This document shows positions 40,946 to 49,806 of a stretch of 64,000 nt of DNA, one piece after another (within the stretch, counting starts at the first letter, position 1; every line of letters begins with the position of its first letter). Location: IMG/VR virus record IMGVR_UViG_3300027509_000012, one strand, 5' to 3'. The notes under the pieces were generated by a model that saw nothing but the letters and a program-made list of their open reading frames with translations, was not told the DNA's origin and did not search any database. The translations under genes were made by a program, and so were the position numbers. The stretch is from a virus.

Positions 40946-43306
40946 ATGACACTTGTATCACCGGGCGTAGAAACCTCCATTATAGACGAAAGCCTTTTTG
41001 TCTCAAATTCATCTAGTTTAGTACCATTGTTTTTCATTGCAACTCAAGATGAAAAATTGCGCCCAGACGGTAATCGAGCCGAAGGAACATATGAACATTC
41101 CCGAATTCGAAGCGTAACCTCATTGCGTGAATCAATTAACCTTTACGGCGAACCAAAATTTAATTCTGATAGTTCAGGAAATCAATTTCATGGTGACGCG
41201 AGAAATGAGTACGGCTTATTTGCAATGAATCAATATCTAGGAATAGGTAACAACGCATACGCAGTTCGTGCTAATGTAAATTTAAATGATGACTTTGATG
41301 ATATTGAAGATCAATGGGAAGTTAAAACTAAAGAAGCCGCAACTATTTTAAACAACTTAGTAAACAACTATATCAATAGTATTAATACTGCAAACGGCCT
41401 AGCACAAACTGGCCTTAGTGTACTAAATGATCTAAATGTATTGAAAGCATTTGGCGCAAACCAAACATCAGCAGAATATAGTAATGTTGGTCCATATGGT
41501 GATTTCACTGGCGGTCAAGATTATGTAGTTAATGACGTTATTACATTACGTAACTCCGATACATTGATTACAACCAGTGATCAAGTACGTGTTACTGGTG
41601 TTGATGTAAACGGCACAGTAACAAGTTTTGTCACAACCTCAGTTGATCCATCTAGATCTTATAATGATACAGTAGAGCATGTATCAGCAACAAACTTAAA
41701 TGGTAATGCTAGTATCGGTACTGGTTTTGAATTAGTATTTGGTGTTGCTAACGTAACTGATTTTAAACAAACAAGTTCAGATTTTGACGGTACTTCTCCT
41801 AACGGATCTTTTGAAGCTGGTTCTGACTACGCAGTAGGTGAAGTACTTACTATGTCAAACGGTGCAACTGTTGTAATTACTAGTATAACCGGCGCTGGAG
41901 CAACTGGTCCTATTGATACTTTCGCATTAACAGATGTGGGAACATTTGTAGCTGATGCAGTGGCACTTACAACTTCTTCTGGTTCTACTGCTGGAACTGG
42001 TTTCACACTTACTCCAAGTTCTGCAAACCTTGTAGAATTAAAAACAACCGTTTCTGTTGAAGAATTAACTACTCTATCACGAGATGCTGTTGTATATATT
42101 TTTGATTCAGTATTAGGCGCATATTCTTATAGAAATATGGAAGATGATTTTTTCGTCGATAAAACATCTAATCCACTTCAAGTGTTCGCTGCCGGTTTTA
42201 CTGTTGCATCTACTGGAACATTCCCCGGCTTTGATGGCTTAGCACTTAATCCTCCTACAGCATCTGCTACAGCAGATACATTCACACCACAAGAAGCTGA
42301 AAATTTATTTAATGTTGCCGCTAATGATTTCATGGCAACTCAGATATTTTTAACTAAATCTTCTCTTGGTGCCAATGACACAGCTCGCAGAGTAAGTATA
42401 GTTAGTGCACTTCAAGCTGCTATCGCAGGTAATACTGATGTTCGATCTGAGACATTTCAATTTAATATAATTGCATGTCCGGGTTATCCTGAAGTTGTAG
42501 ATGAACTATTAGCATTATCTGCTGATGTAAAATCTGAAGCATTAGTTGTAGCTGATACTCCTAATAACTTAAATCCAGATGGTATCACTAATCCAACTAA
42601 TGGTTGGGCATTAAGTTCTGCACGTCAAAATAATACTAGTGTTTGCTACTACTATCCGTGGTGTTATGGAACTAATCTAGATGGTTCTAATGTTCTATCC
42701 GCACCTTCTGGAGCAGCAATTCGACAAATGGCTTATAATGATAACACTAGTTTCCTATGGTTTGCTCCAGCGGGTGTAAATCGTGGTCTTGTATCTGGCG
42801 TGTCTGATGTTGGTTATGCTTCTGGAGTTCTTGGAAGCGCAACTACTTTCACATCAGTTGCCTTGAATCAAGGTCAACGCGATGCACTATACCAAGATGT
42901 GCCAAGCGGTCGTTTGAATCCAATTGTGTTCTTGCCGGGTAAGGGCATCACAATCATGGGTCAGAAAACATCAGCACCAACTACTAGTGCGCTAGATCGA
43001 ATTAATGTTGTTCGTCTTGTAATGCACGTTCGAAGACAGCTACGATTATCTACATTTGGTTTTATCTTTGAACCAAATGATCAAAAGACTCGTGATAACG
43101 TTAAAGCGTTGGCTGATAACTTCTTAGGTACAATCTTAACAAATCGCGGTATTATTGAATATTTAACAGTATGTGATGATTCAAATAACACTCCCGATGT
43201 TGTGGATCGTTCTGAATTGATATTAGATGTTTTAATTAAACCTACTAAAGCGGTTGAATTTATCTCAATACCTATTAGAATTGTATCTCAAGGTGCAGAA
43301 ATTTAA
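40946..43306 (+). CDS. gp18: Tail sheath protein (start reassigned to MTLVSPGV at 40946)
   Basis: LVSPGV N-terminus, WFAPAG.NRG, RINVVRL, FEPND, PTKAVEFI.IP; AGGA SD before 40946. Confidence 0.95.
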   Translation: MTLVSPGVETSIIDESLFVSNSSSLVPLFFIATQDEKLRPDGNRAEGTYEHSRIRSVTSLRESINLYGEPKFNSDSSGNQFHGDARNEYGLFAMNQYLGIGNNAYAVRANVNLNDDFDDIEDQWEVKTKEAATILNNLVNNYINSINTANGLAQTGLSVLNDLNVLKAFGANQTSAEYSNVGPYGDFTGGQDYVVNDVITLRNSDTLITTSDQVRVTGVDVNGTVTSFVTTSVDPSRSYNDTVEHVSATNLNGNASIGTGFELVFGVANVTDFKQTSSDFDGTSPNGSFEAGSDYAVGEVLTMSNGATVVITSITGAGATGPIDTFALTDVGTFVADAVALTTSSGSTAGTGFTLTPSSANLVELKTTVSVEELTTLSRDAVVYIFDSVLGAYSYRNMEDDFFVDKTSNPLQVFAAGFTVASTGTFPGFDGLALNPPTASATADTFTPQEAENLFNVAANDFMATQIFLTKSSLGANDTARRVSIVSALQAAIAGNTDVRSETFQFNIIACPGYPEVVDELLALSADVKSEALVVADTPNNLNPDGITNPTNGWALSSARQNNTSVCYYYPWCYGTNLDGSNVLSAPSGAAIRQMAYNDNTSFLWFAPAGVNRGLVSGVSDVGYASGVLGSATTFTSVALNQGQRDALYQDVPSGRLNPIVFLPGKGITIMGQKTSAPTTSALDRINVVRLVMHVRRQLRLSTFGFIFEPNDQKTRDNVKALADNFLGTILTNRGIIEYLTVCDDSNNTPDVVDRSELILDVLIKPTKAVEFISIPIRIVSQGAEI

Positions 43307-43330
43307 TAAATCTTCTGCAATATAAAAATT

Positions 43331-43360
43331 AAAAAGGCACTCAATTGGGTGCCTTTTTTT
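43331..43360 (+). terminator. Rho-independent terminator
   Basis: AAAAAGGCACTC-AATT-GGGTGCCTTTTTTT. Confidence 0.85.
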
Positions 43361-43409
43361 AATACTTGATCTACGATAAAGTTTTTCCTAATTTAACTAA
43401 ATATGTTTT

Positions 43410-43985
43410 ATGAAGATAAAAAAACCTAAGAGTTGGATAAATGCAACAATAGAGACTGCTTTCTATGTAGCAGTAGCTGTTACTGTGTTATTTTTTATTG
43501 AGCTACATCAATCACCAACAAAATATCAACACTATTATGGGGATGTGTTAGCTAATACTGAGTTTACATATCCTGAAAAAATAGAATTTTATGCATTTGG
43601 TAAAGCAAACCACGGAACATTTGATGTTGAGGAACGTCGAGAATTGTATTGTTCTCCAATGAATAGCTCCCTTCCTCGACAATTAATAGATATTTCTGAT
43701 ATACGAATAGATGATTTTGAATTTGTAAATGAACTTCCCGATGTGTATCTTTCTGCAATTGGAAGCCCAGAAAGTACTCTTAGTAAGATAGGTAAAGTAT
43801 CTATTCAAAAAATACGAGATAATCCAGTCAACCAAACATGGAAACTTGATATTATTCCATTAGAAAGTTCAGTATGTTTTATGCATACAGAATTAACAAC
43901 ATGGACTAGATTATTTAGAATACCAAAAACTACTAAATTTGATAGTAATGAATTTAATTATATTTACGAATCAACGGGAAACTAA
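43410..43985 (+). CDS. Membrane-anchored protein (paralog A)
   Basis: N-terminal hydrophobic helix; motifs shared with the next ORF. Confidence 0.75.
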   Translation: MKIKKPKSWINATIETAFYVAVAVTVLFFIELHQSPTKYQHYYGDVLANTEFTYPEKIEFYAFGKANHGTFDVEERRELYCSPMNSSLPRQLIDISDIRIDDFEFVNELPDVYLSAIGSPESTLSKIGKVSIQKIRDNPVNQTWKLDIIPLESSVCFMHTELTTWTRLFRIPKTTKFDSNEFNYIYESTGN

Positions 43986-43986
43986 T

Positions 43987-44544
43987 ATGAAAGAATCATT
44001 AAAAGCAAAATTTACACTCACTAAAATAATAGTATATGTTGTACTGATAATATCGGTAATGTATTTTTATGAAAAATCATTACCAATGACTTATTTTTTT
44101 AAATACTATGGTAATATTACTACGGCTGACACATTCACATATCCAGAAGAAATTACTTCTTATGCATTTGGTGAATCAGACAAAGAACCATTTGAAATTT
44201 GGTTTGTTAACGGATTGTTATGCTCTGCAATTGATTCAGGTGAACCTACACAATTAATTGATGTTAGACAAAAACACTTCGAAGAATATTCATTTGAAAA
44301 TGATATTCCCGATATTCCATTATATCCAATAACACAATCCAATAATATAACTAAAGTTGGGGTTGCTGCTATTGAGAAAATTCGACTTGATGAACAAAAC
44401 CTTATCTGGTCAATGGAAGATGTAAAGCCATTAGAAAGTTCTAATTGTTATATTTCTGCAAAAGCTACAGTTAAAACATTAATTTTTAGAATTGAAAAAT
44501 CTTTAGATTTTACTGGAAATATATTTCAATACATTGTTCCATAA
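43987..44544 (+). CDS. Membrane-anchored protein (paralog B; start reassigned to MKESLK)
   Basis: N-terminal hydrophobic helix; YYG..FTYPE.I..YAFG shared with paralog A. Confidence 0.75.
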   Translation: MKESLKAKFTLTKIIVYVVLIISVMYFYEKSLPMTYFFKYYGNITTADTFTYPEEITSYAFGESDKEPFEIWFVNGLLCSAIDSGEPTQLIDVRQKHFEEYSFENDIPDIPLYPITQSNNITKVGVAAIEKIRLDEQNLIWSMEDVKPLESSNCYISAKATVKTLIFRIEKSLDFTGNIFQYIVP

Positions 44545-44587
44545 TAATCGTTAATTTCAATTAATTACATCTTTGATAAATATCTAC

Positions 44588-46066
44588 ATGGCTAGAAATT
44601 TTAAACAAGAAAGTTGTCCACCGGGTTTGGATAAAAAAAGCAGGCTTTTGGAAAAAGAGCGTGGTATTTTTGATCTTGCTGAAAAAATTGGCAAACTTGA
44701 AGTATTAAATAAAGTTGGTGGTGGTCGAATTAGAGAGGTACTTGAAACAGTAGCCGCCACTTCAGACGCATTTCGCACAGGAAACTCCGCAATCGGTACT
44801 TTAGGTCGCGCAGCGTTCGATACAGTGGACAATGGAGCCTTTACTGTTCTTGACACTATGGGCTTGGGAGATGGAGTTAGAACTACTATCACAGCCTTTC
44901 AACCACAAGCAGTTAATTTAGCAGTTGGAGCAGCTAAAGTATTATCACAGGATATAAAGCAAGGAAAATTTAAATTATCAGATATTCCTAATAGAGTACA
45001 AGATTTTCAAAATCTAGAACAGTTAGCTCGTGGAATTTTTAATACTGGTGGTTCTGATGATCCATCTGAGCGCTATCAACGATTTCAATGTCTACCTTCA
45101 CCGTGGGCAGTAGATTTAGTAAAAAATTATGGACCTAAACAAAACTTTTCATTTTTTGTTGAAATTAAATTAACAGCACCGTATCGCAATTTACCTCAAT
45201 ATCGAGATGCTGAAAAACATCTAGCATTTATGGTTAAGTCATCAAATCGACCACATATTAATTATGATTATGAAGATGTTAATTATTACAACTTTAGAAC
45301 TAAAGTTGCAACCAAACAAACATATCAACCTATATCAATGCGATTCATGGATGATACCCATAATCATGCTGCTAAGTTTTATAAGTTATATTCAGAAGCA
45401 ATGAGTCCATTAAATGCTATAGACAGACATTCTCAGGAATATAATGAAAATTATCTTTCTGAGCGAGGTATGAATTTTGATTCTACTGGCGATTTTGCAA
45501 ACACTACAAATAGACAAACTGCGGGTATAGGTCCATTACGCCCCGATCTTGAAAATGGATATAATACTCAAAATGTAATTGAATCAATATCTTTATATCA
45601 TATTGGAACAACCGGAAATACCGTAACCACATATTCTATGTATAATCCAAAAATAACATCATTACAACCATCCGATTTAAACATGGAAGAATCTGGATCT
45701 GGATCTGAATTTTCATTTGATTTTGAATATGATTCACTTTATGTAGAACCAGAATATCCAATTGGCAAATTTGGTGTTGATAAAGTTAGACAACTTACTG
45801 GTGATGGTGAAGTTGGTGGAGTCGGTGCACTATACCCATTATATCCAGATCTAGATGGTGCTGTTAATCCAATTGGATCTTTGATAGATAGCGCTAAAGA
45901 CTCTGTTAAGGGAGCACTATCATCAGCAGCATCTAGATTACCAAGACCATCATTTGGAGAACAAGCCACCACAGCAGCATCCACTAGCGCAGAAGAAAAT
46001 GGTGTTGTAGTAACAGCAGTACCAACAACAACTCCATTTGTGTTAAATCCTATCGATAATGCTTAA
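44588..46066 (+). CDS. Tail-tube-fold baseplate protein (gp48/gp54-like; start reassigned to MARNF)
   Basis: FMVKS..RP......VNYYNFRTKV...YQPISMRFMDD, NPKIT, F.YD. Confidence 0.7.
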   Translation: MARNFKQESCPPGLDKKSRLLEKERGIFDLAEKIGKLEVLNKVGGGRIREVLETVAATSDAFRTGNSAIGTLGRAAFDTVDNGAFTVLDTMGLGDGVRTTITAFQPQAVNLAVGAAKVLSQDIKQGKFKLSDIPNRVQDFQNLEQLARGIFNTGGSDDPSERYQRFQCLPSPWAVDLVKNYGPKQNFSFFVEIKLTAPYRNLPQYRDAEKHLAFMVKSSNRPHINYDYEDVNYYNFRTKVATKQTYQPISMRFMDDTHNHAAKFYKLYSEAMSPLNAIDRHSQEYNENYLSERGMNFDSTGDFANTTNRQTAGIGPLRPDLENGYNTQNVIESISLYHIGTTGNTVTTYSMYNPKITSLQPSDLNMEESGSGSEFSFDFEYDSLYVEPEYPIGKFGVDKVRQLTGDGEVGGVGALYPLYPDLDGAVNPIGSLIDSAKDSVKGALSSAASRLPRPSFGEQATTAASTSAEENGVVVTAVPTTTPFVLNPIDNA

Positions 46067-46071
46067 TTCTA

Positions 46072-46533
46072 ATGAACCAATTAGGATCTAAGAAATATAA
46101 TCAAAGTTGGTTTAAGCCAACAAACCAAGATAAGTATGTTGGTAACAACATCAATGAAATTCGTTGCATGTCATCATGGGAACGTGATGTTTGTAAGTTT
46201 TTAGATACAAACCCTAAAATTCTTCGTTGGGGATCTGAAATTGTAGCAATACCTTACTTCAAACGATCAACACAACGAACTCACAAGTATTTTGTAGATT
46301 ATTACGTTAAATATGTAAACAGACACAATGAGATAGTAGAAGAATTATGGGAAGTTAAACCATTTGCACAGACAAAACAACCACGCAAAACAAAAAGAAA
46401 GAAAGAAACCACCTATCTATATGAAATGACACACTGGGAAACAAATCAGGATAAATGGCAAGCAGCTAATTTTTTCTGTAATAAGAAAGGAATTAGATTT
46501 CGCATATTAACGGAAAAGGACATTTTTATTTAA
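46072..46533 (+). CDS. gp4: Head completion nuclease gp4-like
   Basis: P.N.DKYVG, SSWE, WGSE..IPY, YFVD, EVKP..QT, N..KW.AA. Confidence 0.92.
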   Translation: MNQLGSKKYNQSWFKPTNQDKYVGNNINEIRCMSSWERDVCKFLDTNPKILRWGSEIVAIPYFKRSTQRTHKYFVDYYVKYVNRHNEIVEELWEVKPFAQTKQPRKTKRKKETTYLYEMTHWETNQDKWQAANFFCNKKGIRFRILTEKDIFI

Positions 46534-46545
46534 ATAAATACATTT

Positions 46546-47172
46546 ATGACTAATAAAAAACACCCACTCGAAGGTTTGCTTGATCTAGACGAAGGATCTA
46601 CACCACAATACGATCCACTAGCAGAATCTGTTGAAATTCGCGATTTAGATGAAGATCCTAATGATTCAGAATCTATGTTTGATGTACTCGATGATGAAGA
46701 TGATTCAGCACAGCGAGCAGCTAATGAATTAATTGAAGTTGATGATAGTATGGAAATGGTTATGGATGAGATGCCAAAAGTTGAGCAATTCTATGATCGT
46801 ATAGATAAGAAGGTAGAGACTAAATTTCAAGAGATTTATAATTTTTCTATTCAAGCATATTCAAGACAGATGCAAGATGCTGAATTAGTTGAAGGTAAAT
46901 ATAAAGCCAGAAATGCAGAAGTTGCAGCTCAGTACTTACGTATAGCATTAGACTCAGCAAAAGATTCAGGCCACCAAAAAGCTAACAAAGATAAATTAAA
47001 ATTAGCTGAGAAGAAAATCAATCATGATGTTGGTGAAGGTAAAAAAGGCGGCAACACAAACAACAATTATTTCATCGGTGATACAAACGATTTATTACAA
47101 GCAATAGAAGATGCTAAGTCAGGAACACGCTCTGCAAAGGTAATTAATCCTAAAAAAGACGAAGAATTGTAA
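46546..47172 (+). CDS. Probable terminase small subunit
   Basis: Acidic N-terminus, helical core (ARNAEVAAQYL..AL), NTNNN tail; near TerL. Confidence 0.65.
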   Translation: MTNKKHPLEGLLDLDEGSTPQYDPLAESVEIRDLDEDPNDSESMFDVLDDEDDSAQRAANELIEVDDSMEMVMDEMPKVEQFYDRIDKKVETKFQEIYNFSIQAYSRQMQDAELVEGKYKARNAEVAAQYLRIALDSAKDSGHQKANKDKLKLAEKKINHDVGEGKKGGNTNNNYFIGDTNDLLQAIEDAKSGTRSAKVINPKKDEEL

Positions 47173-47258
47173 TAAATTAACGAAAAAATACCAAGAATTA
47201 AAACCATCAGACTAAATATCTTGTATATAAAAAACATAGTTTGTTGAGGAACATATAA

Positions 47259-47849
47259 ATGAGTACTATTAATGATTTCGGTATTCCAGATATTGCACAA
47301 GGAATTCTACATCCCAAGCACAAGCACCGCTGGCGTGTAAAATTTCAGGGGATCGCAGGTGGCTCCACGTCTACTGCACTAAGCCACCAGTTGGTGACTT
47401 TTGAACGTCCTAAACTTACATTCGATAAGATTGAAATTCATCGTTTTAATTCTCGTGCATTCGTTGCTGGTAAACACCTTTTTGATCCTATTAACTTCAC
47501 GCTTGAAGATGATATTTCAGGTACAGCATCTAGAATCCTTCAACAACAAATTCAGGTACAACAATGGTTGACTGGAGCACAAGGTCCATTTCTTGGAGCA
47601 GCAACCGAAGCTTCGCAATATAAATTTGCTACACTACTTGAAATGCTTGATGGTGGTCGTGATGATGAAGTTGCAGAACGAATCACATTAGAAGGTTGTT
47701 TTCTAGAAAACGTTGATTTGGGTGATGTTGATTATTCTTCAGCAGAAGCCGTACAAATTAACTGTATATTAAGCTTTGATCATGCTCGACAAGATCTTGG
47801 CGGGTACTCTGGGCCGGGCAGTGCGCTTGGTGGTCAGGGCAGTGCTTAA
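47259..47849 (+). CDS. gp19: Tail tube protein
   Basis: PKHKHRWRVKF, RPKLTF, AGKH.F.PI..TLEDD, LEGCF...D.GD.DY; GAGG SD. Confidence 0.9.
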   Translation: MSTINDFGIPDIAQGILHPKHKHRWRVKFQGIAGGSTSTALSHQLVTFERPKLTFDKIEIHRFNSRAFVAGKHLFDPINFTLEDDISGTASRILQQQIQVQQWLTGAQGPFLGAATEASQYKFATLLEMLDGGRDDEVAERITLEGCFLENVDLGDVDYSSAEAVQINCILSFDHARQDLGGYSGPGSALGGQGSA

Positions 47850-47877
47850 ATTTTAAATTAAAAACATCTCCTGTTTT

Positions 47878-47901
47878 AGCCCCACTTGTTGGGGCTTTTT
47901 T
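47878..47901 (+). terminator. Rho-independent terminator
   Basis: AGCCCCA-CTTGT-TGGGGCT followed by a T run. Confidence 0.85.
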
Positions 47902-47908
47902 GTTTCTA

Positions 47909-47917
47909 TGGTATAAT
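47909..47917 (+). promoter_or_regulatory. Extended -10 promoter (leaderless)
   Basis: TGgTATAAT, 7 nt before the ATG at 47925. Confidence 0.55.
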
Positions 47918-47924
47918 AAATTAA

Positions 47925-49196
47925 ATGTATATTAAAAAAACAAATAAAGAAAAGCTTGAACGATTTATAAAAAAATCAAAAATTAACTTTGATTGTTTTT
48001 ATGATTATTCAGAATCTAAATATACATCAGCAAAAACAAAATTAAAAATAATATGTCCAATTCATGGACCATTCTTTCAAACTCCAAATAACCATCTTTC
48101 AGGATATGGTTGTATTCATTGTGGTATCGACAAAAGATCTAAAGATCAGACTAAATCAGCAGAACAATTTTTTAAAGAATTTGATGAATTAAAATTAAAT
48201 CATATTGATGTTGATATGAATACATATGTTTCAGCAAAAATAAAAATGAAATTATTTTGTAAGATTCATAAAGAATATTTTAATCAAACTCCAGATAGTT
48301 TATTAAATGCAAAATCTATTGGATGTAAGAGATGTTGCACTGGAAATATTTCTAAGGGAGAAAAAGAAATAGTTGATTTTATAAAATCTTTTAATGTTGA
48401 AGTCATCGAAAACGATAAAACTTTAATATATCCACTCGAATTAGATATAGTAGTACCAAAAAATAATTTAGCAATAGAATACTGTGGAATTTATTGGCAC
48501 TCAGAAAGAAGCGGAAAAGATAAAAATTATCATTATATGAAGTATGAAAATTGTAAAAAATTAAATATTCAGTTATTGACTATATTTGATGATGAATGGA
48601 TTAATAAAAAAGAACAAATAAAAAACAAGATAACACATATTTTGCAAAGGACGCACGATAAAATTTATGCTCGAAATACAACAATATATGAAATTAACAA
48701 AAAAGATAAAAAACAATTTTTGGATGATAATCACATACAGGGAGATGGGCCAAGCTCTATTAATATAGGACTTCACTATAATAATTCTTTAGTGGCATGT
48801 ATGTCGTTTATTAATCATAAAGATAATAATTATACATTATCTAGATATGCAACATCCAATCATATCGTTGGTGGATTTAGTAAGTTATTAAAATATTTCA
48901 AATCTAATTACGATTGGTATTCAATAATATCGTTCGCAGATTTACGCTGGAGTGATGGAAATTTATATGAGAAAACTGGTTGGAAAATGGATAAAACATT
49001 AAAACCAGATTATTTCTATCTTTATAATCATAAAAGAAACCATAAATTTAATTTTCGTAGAAAACATTTGAAAAATATATTGGGTGAAAAATTCGATTCA
49101 ACTAAATCAGAATATGAAAATTGCTTGGATAATGAAATATATAGAATATGGGACTGTGGAAAAATTCGATATAAAATGATTAATCAAAAATTATGA
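47925..49196 (+). CDS. Hef-like homing endonuclease (DUF723-like repeats, PD-(D/E)xK-type nuclease, GNAT/Mom-like domain)
   Basis: SKGEKEI, ELDIVVP..LAIEYCGIYWH, IFDDEW, YARN, RIWDCGK. Confidence 0.85.
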   Translation: MYIKKTNKEKLERFIKKSKINFDCFYDYSESKYTSAKTKLKIICPIHGPFFQTPNNHLSGYGCIHCGIDKRSKDQTKSAEQFFKEFDELKLNHIDVDMNTYVSAKIKMKLFCKIHKEYFNQTPDSLLNAKSIGCKRCCTGNISKGEKEIVDFIKSFNVEVIENDKTLIYPLELDIVVPKNNLAIEYCGIYWHSERSGKDKNYHYMKYENCKKLNIQLLTIFDDEWINKKEQIKNKITHILQRTHDKIYARNTTIYEINKKDKKQFLDDNHIQGDGPSSINIGLHYNNSLVACMSFINHKDNNYTLSRYATSNHIVGGFSKLLKYFKSNYDWYSIISFADLRWSDGNLYEKTGWKMDKTLKPDYFYLYNHKRNHKFNFRRKHLKNILGEKFDSTKSEYENCLDNEIYRIWDCGKIRYKMINQKL

Positions 49197-49780
49197 TATC
49201 AGAAACACAAAAATTAGTAGTAAAGGCCGTAAAATTTAATCCAGAACAAAATAAAATATTATACGCTCTGGAAAATAATAATCGCTTATATCTTCAAATG
49301 CCCAGAAGGGCTGGCATGTCAACTATATTAAGTTCATTATTAATATATCATCATATTAATAATCCAATCTCAAGAACCGCATTTTTTCACCCTACTATAT
49401 CTAGAGCTAGAAACGAATCTGTTGATTTTTGTATGCTGTTTGAAAAAGCAGATCTTGGAGTTAAAATACAACGTGCGAATCCAACAGAAGTTCAGATAAC
49501 AACAGATGCTGGATTAATGTCAAGCGTTCATTTTATGAGTGAAAGTCATAATATAAGAGGATGGTCAATTAATAATTTAATATTTGATGGGTTTGAACAA
49601 ATATCAAATAAAGTACCAGAAGAATTAATGCGCAATTCAGTCCCTGCATTAACTGCTAATAATGGAAACATTGTTTATGGATGTAATGCTTGTAACCATG
49701 CTGAGATGAAACACTTCAATCTCAACAATGCGAAAATTTCATTTATGGATGATTTAGTAGATGAGATGTTAAAGTTGTAG
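49193..49780 (+). CDS. Degenerate terminase-ATPase-domain paralog
   Basis: Collinear by eye with the TerL N-domain: MPRRAGMS vs SARQTGKS; RGWSINNLIFDG vs RGLSISLLYCDE. Confidence 0.75.
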   Translation: MISETQKLVVKAVKFNPEQNKILYALENNNRLYLQMPRRAGMSTILSSLLIYHHINNPISRTAFFHPTISRARNESVDFCMLFEKADLGVKIQRANPTEVQITTDAGLMSSVHFMSESHNIRGWSINNLIFDGFEQISNKVPEELMRNSVPALTANNGNIVYGCNACNHAEMKHFNLNNAKISFMDDLVDEMLKL

Positions 49781-49806
49781 CAATTTATTAGCCATAAATA
49801 TTAATT

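Noticed and set aside
40907-44587. ORF-track starts at 40907, 43939 and 44573
   Set aside because: These TTG starts overlap late boxes or the upstream gene; ATGs at 40946, 43987 and 44588 fit better.
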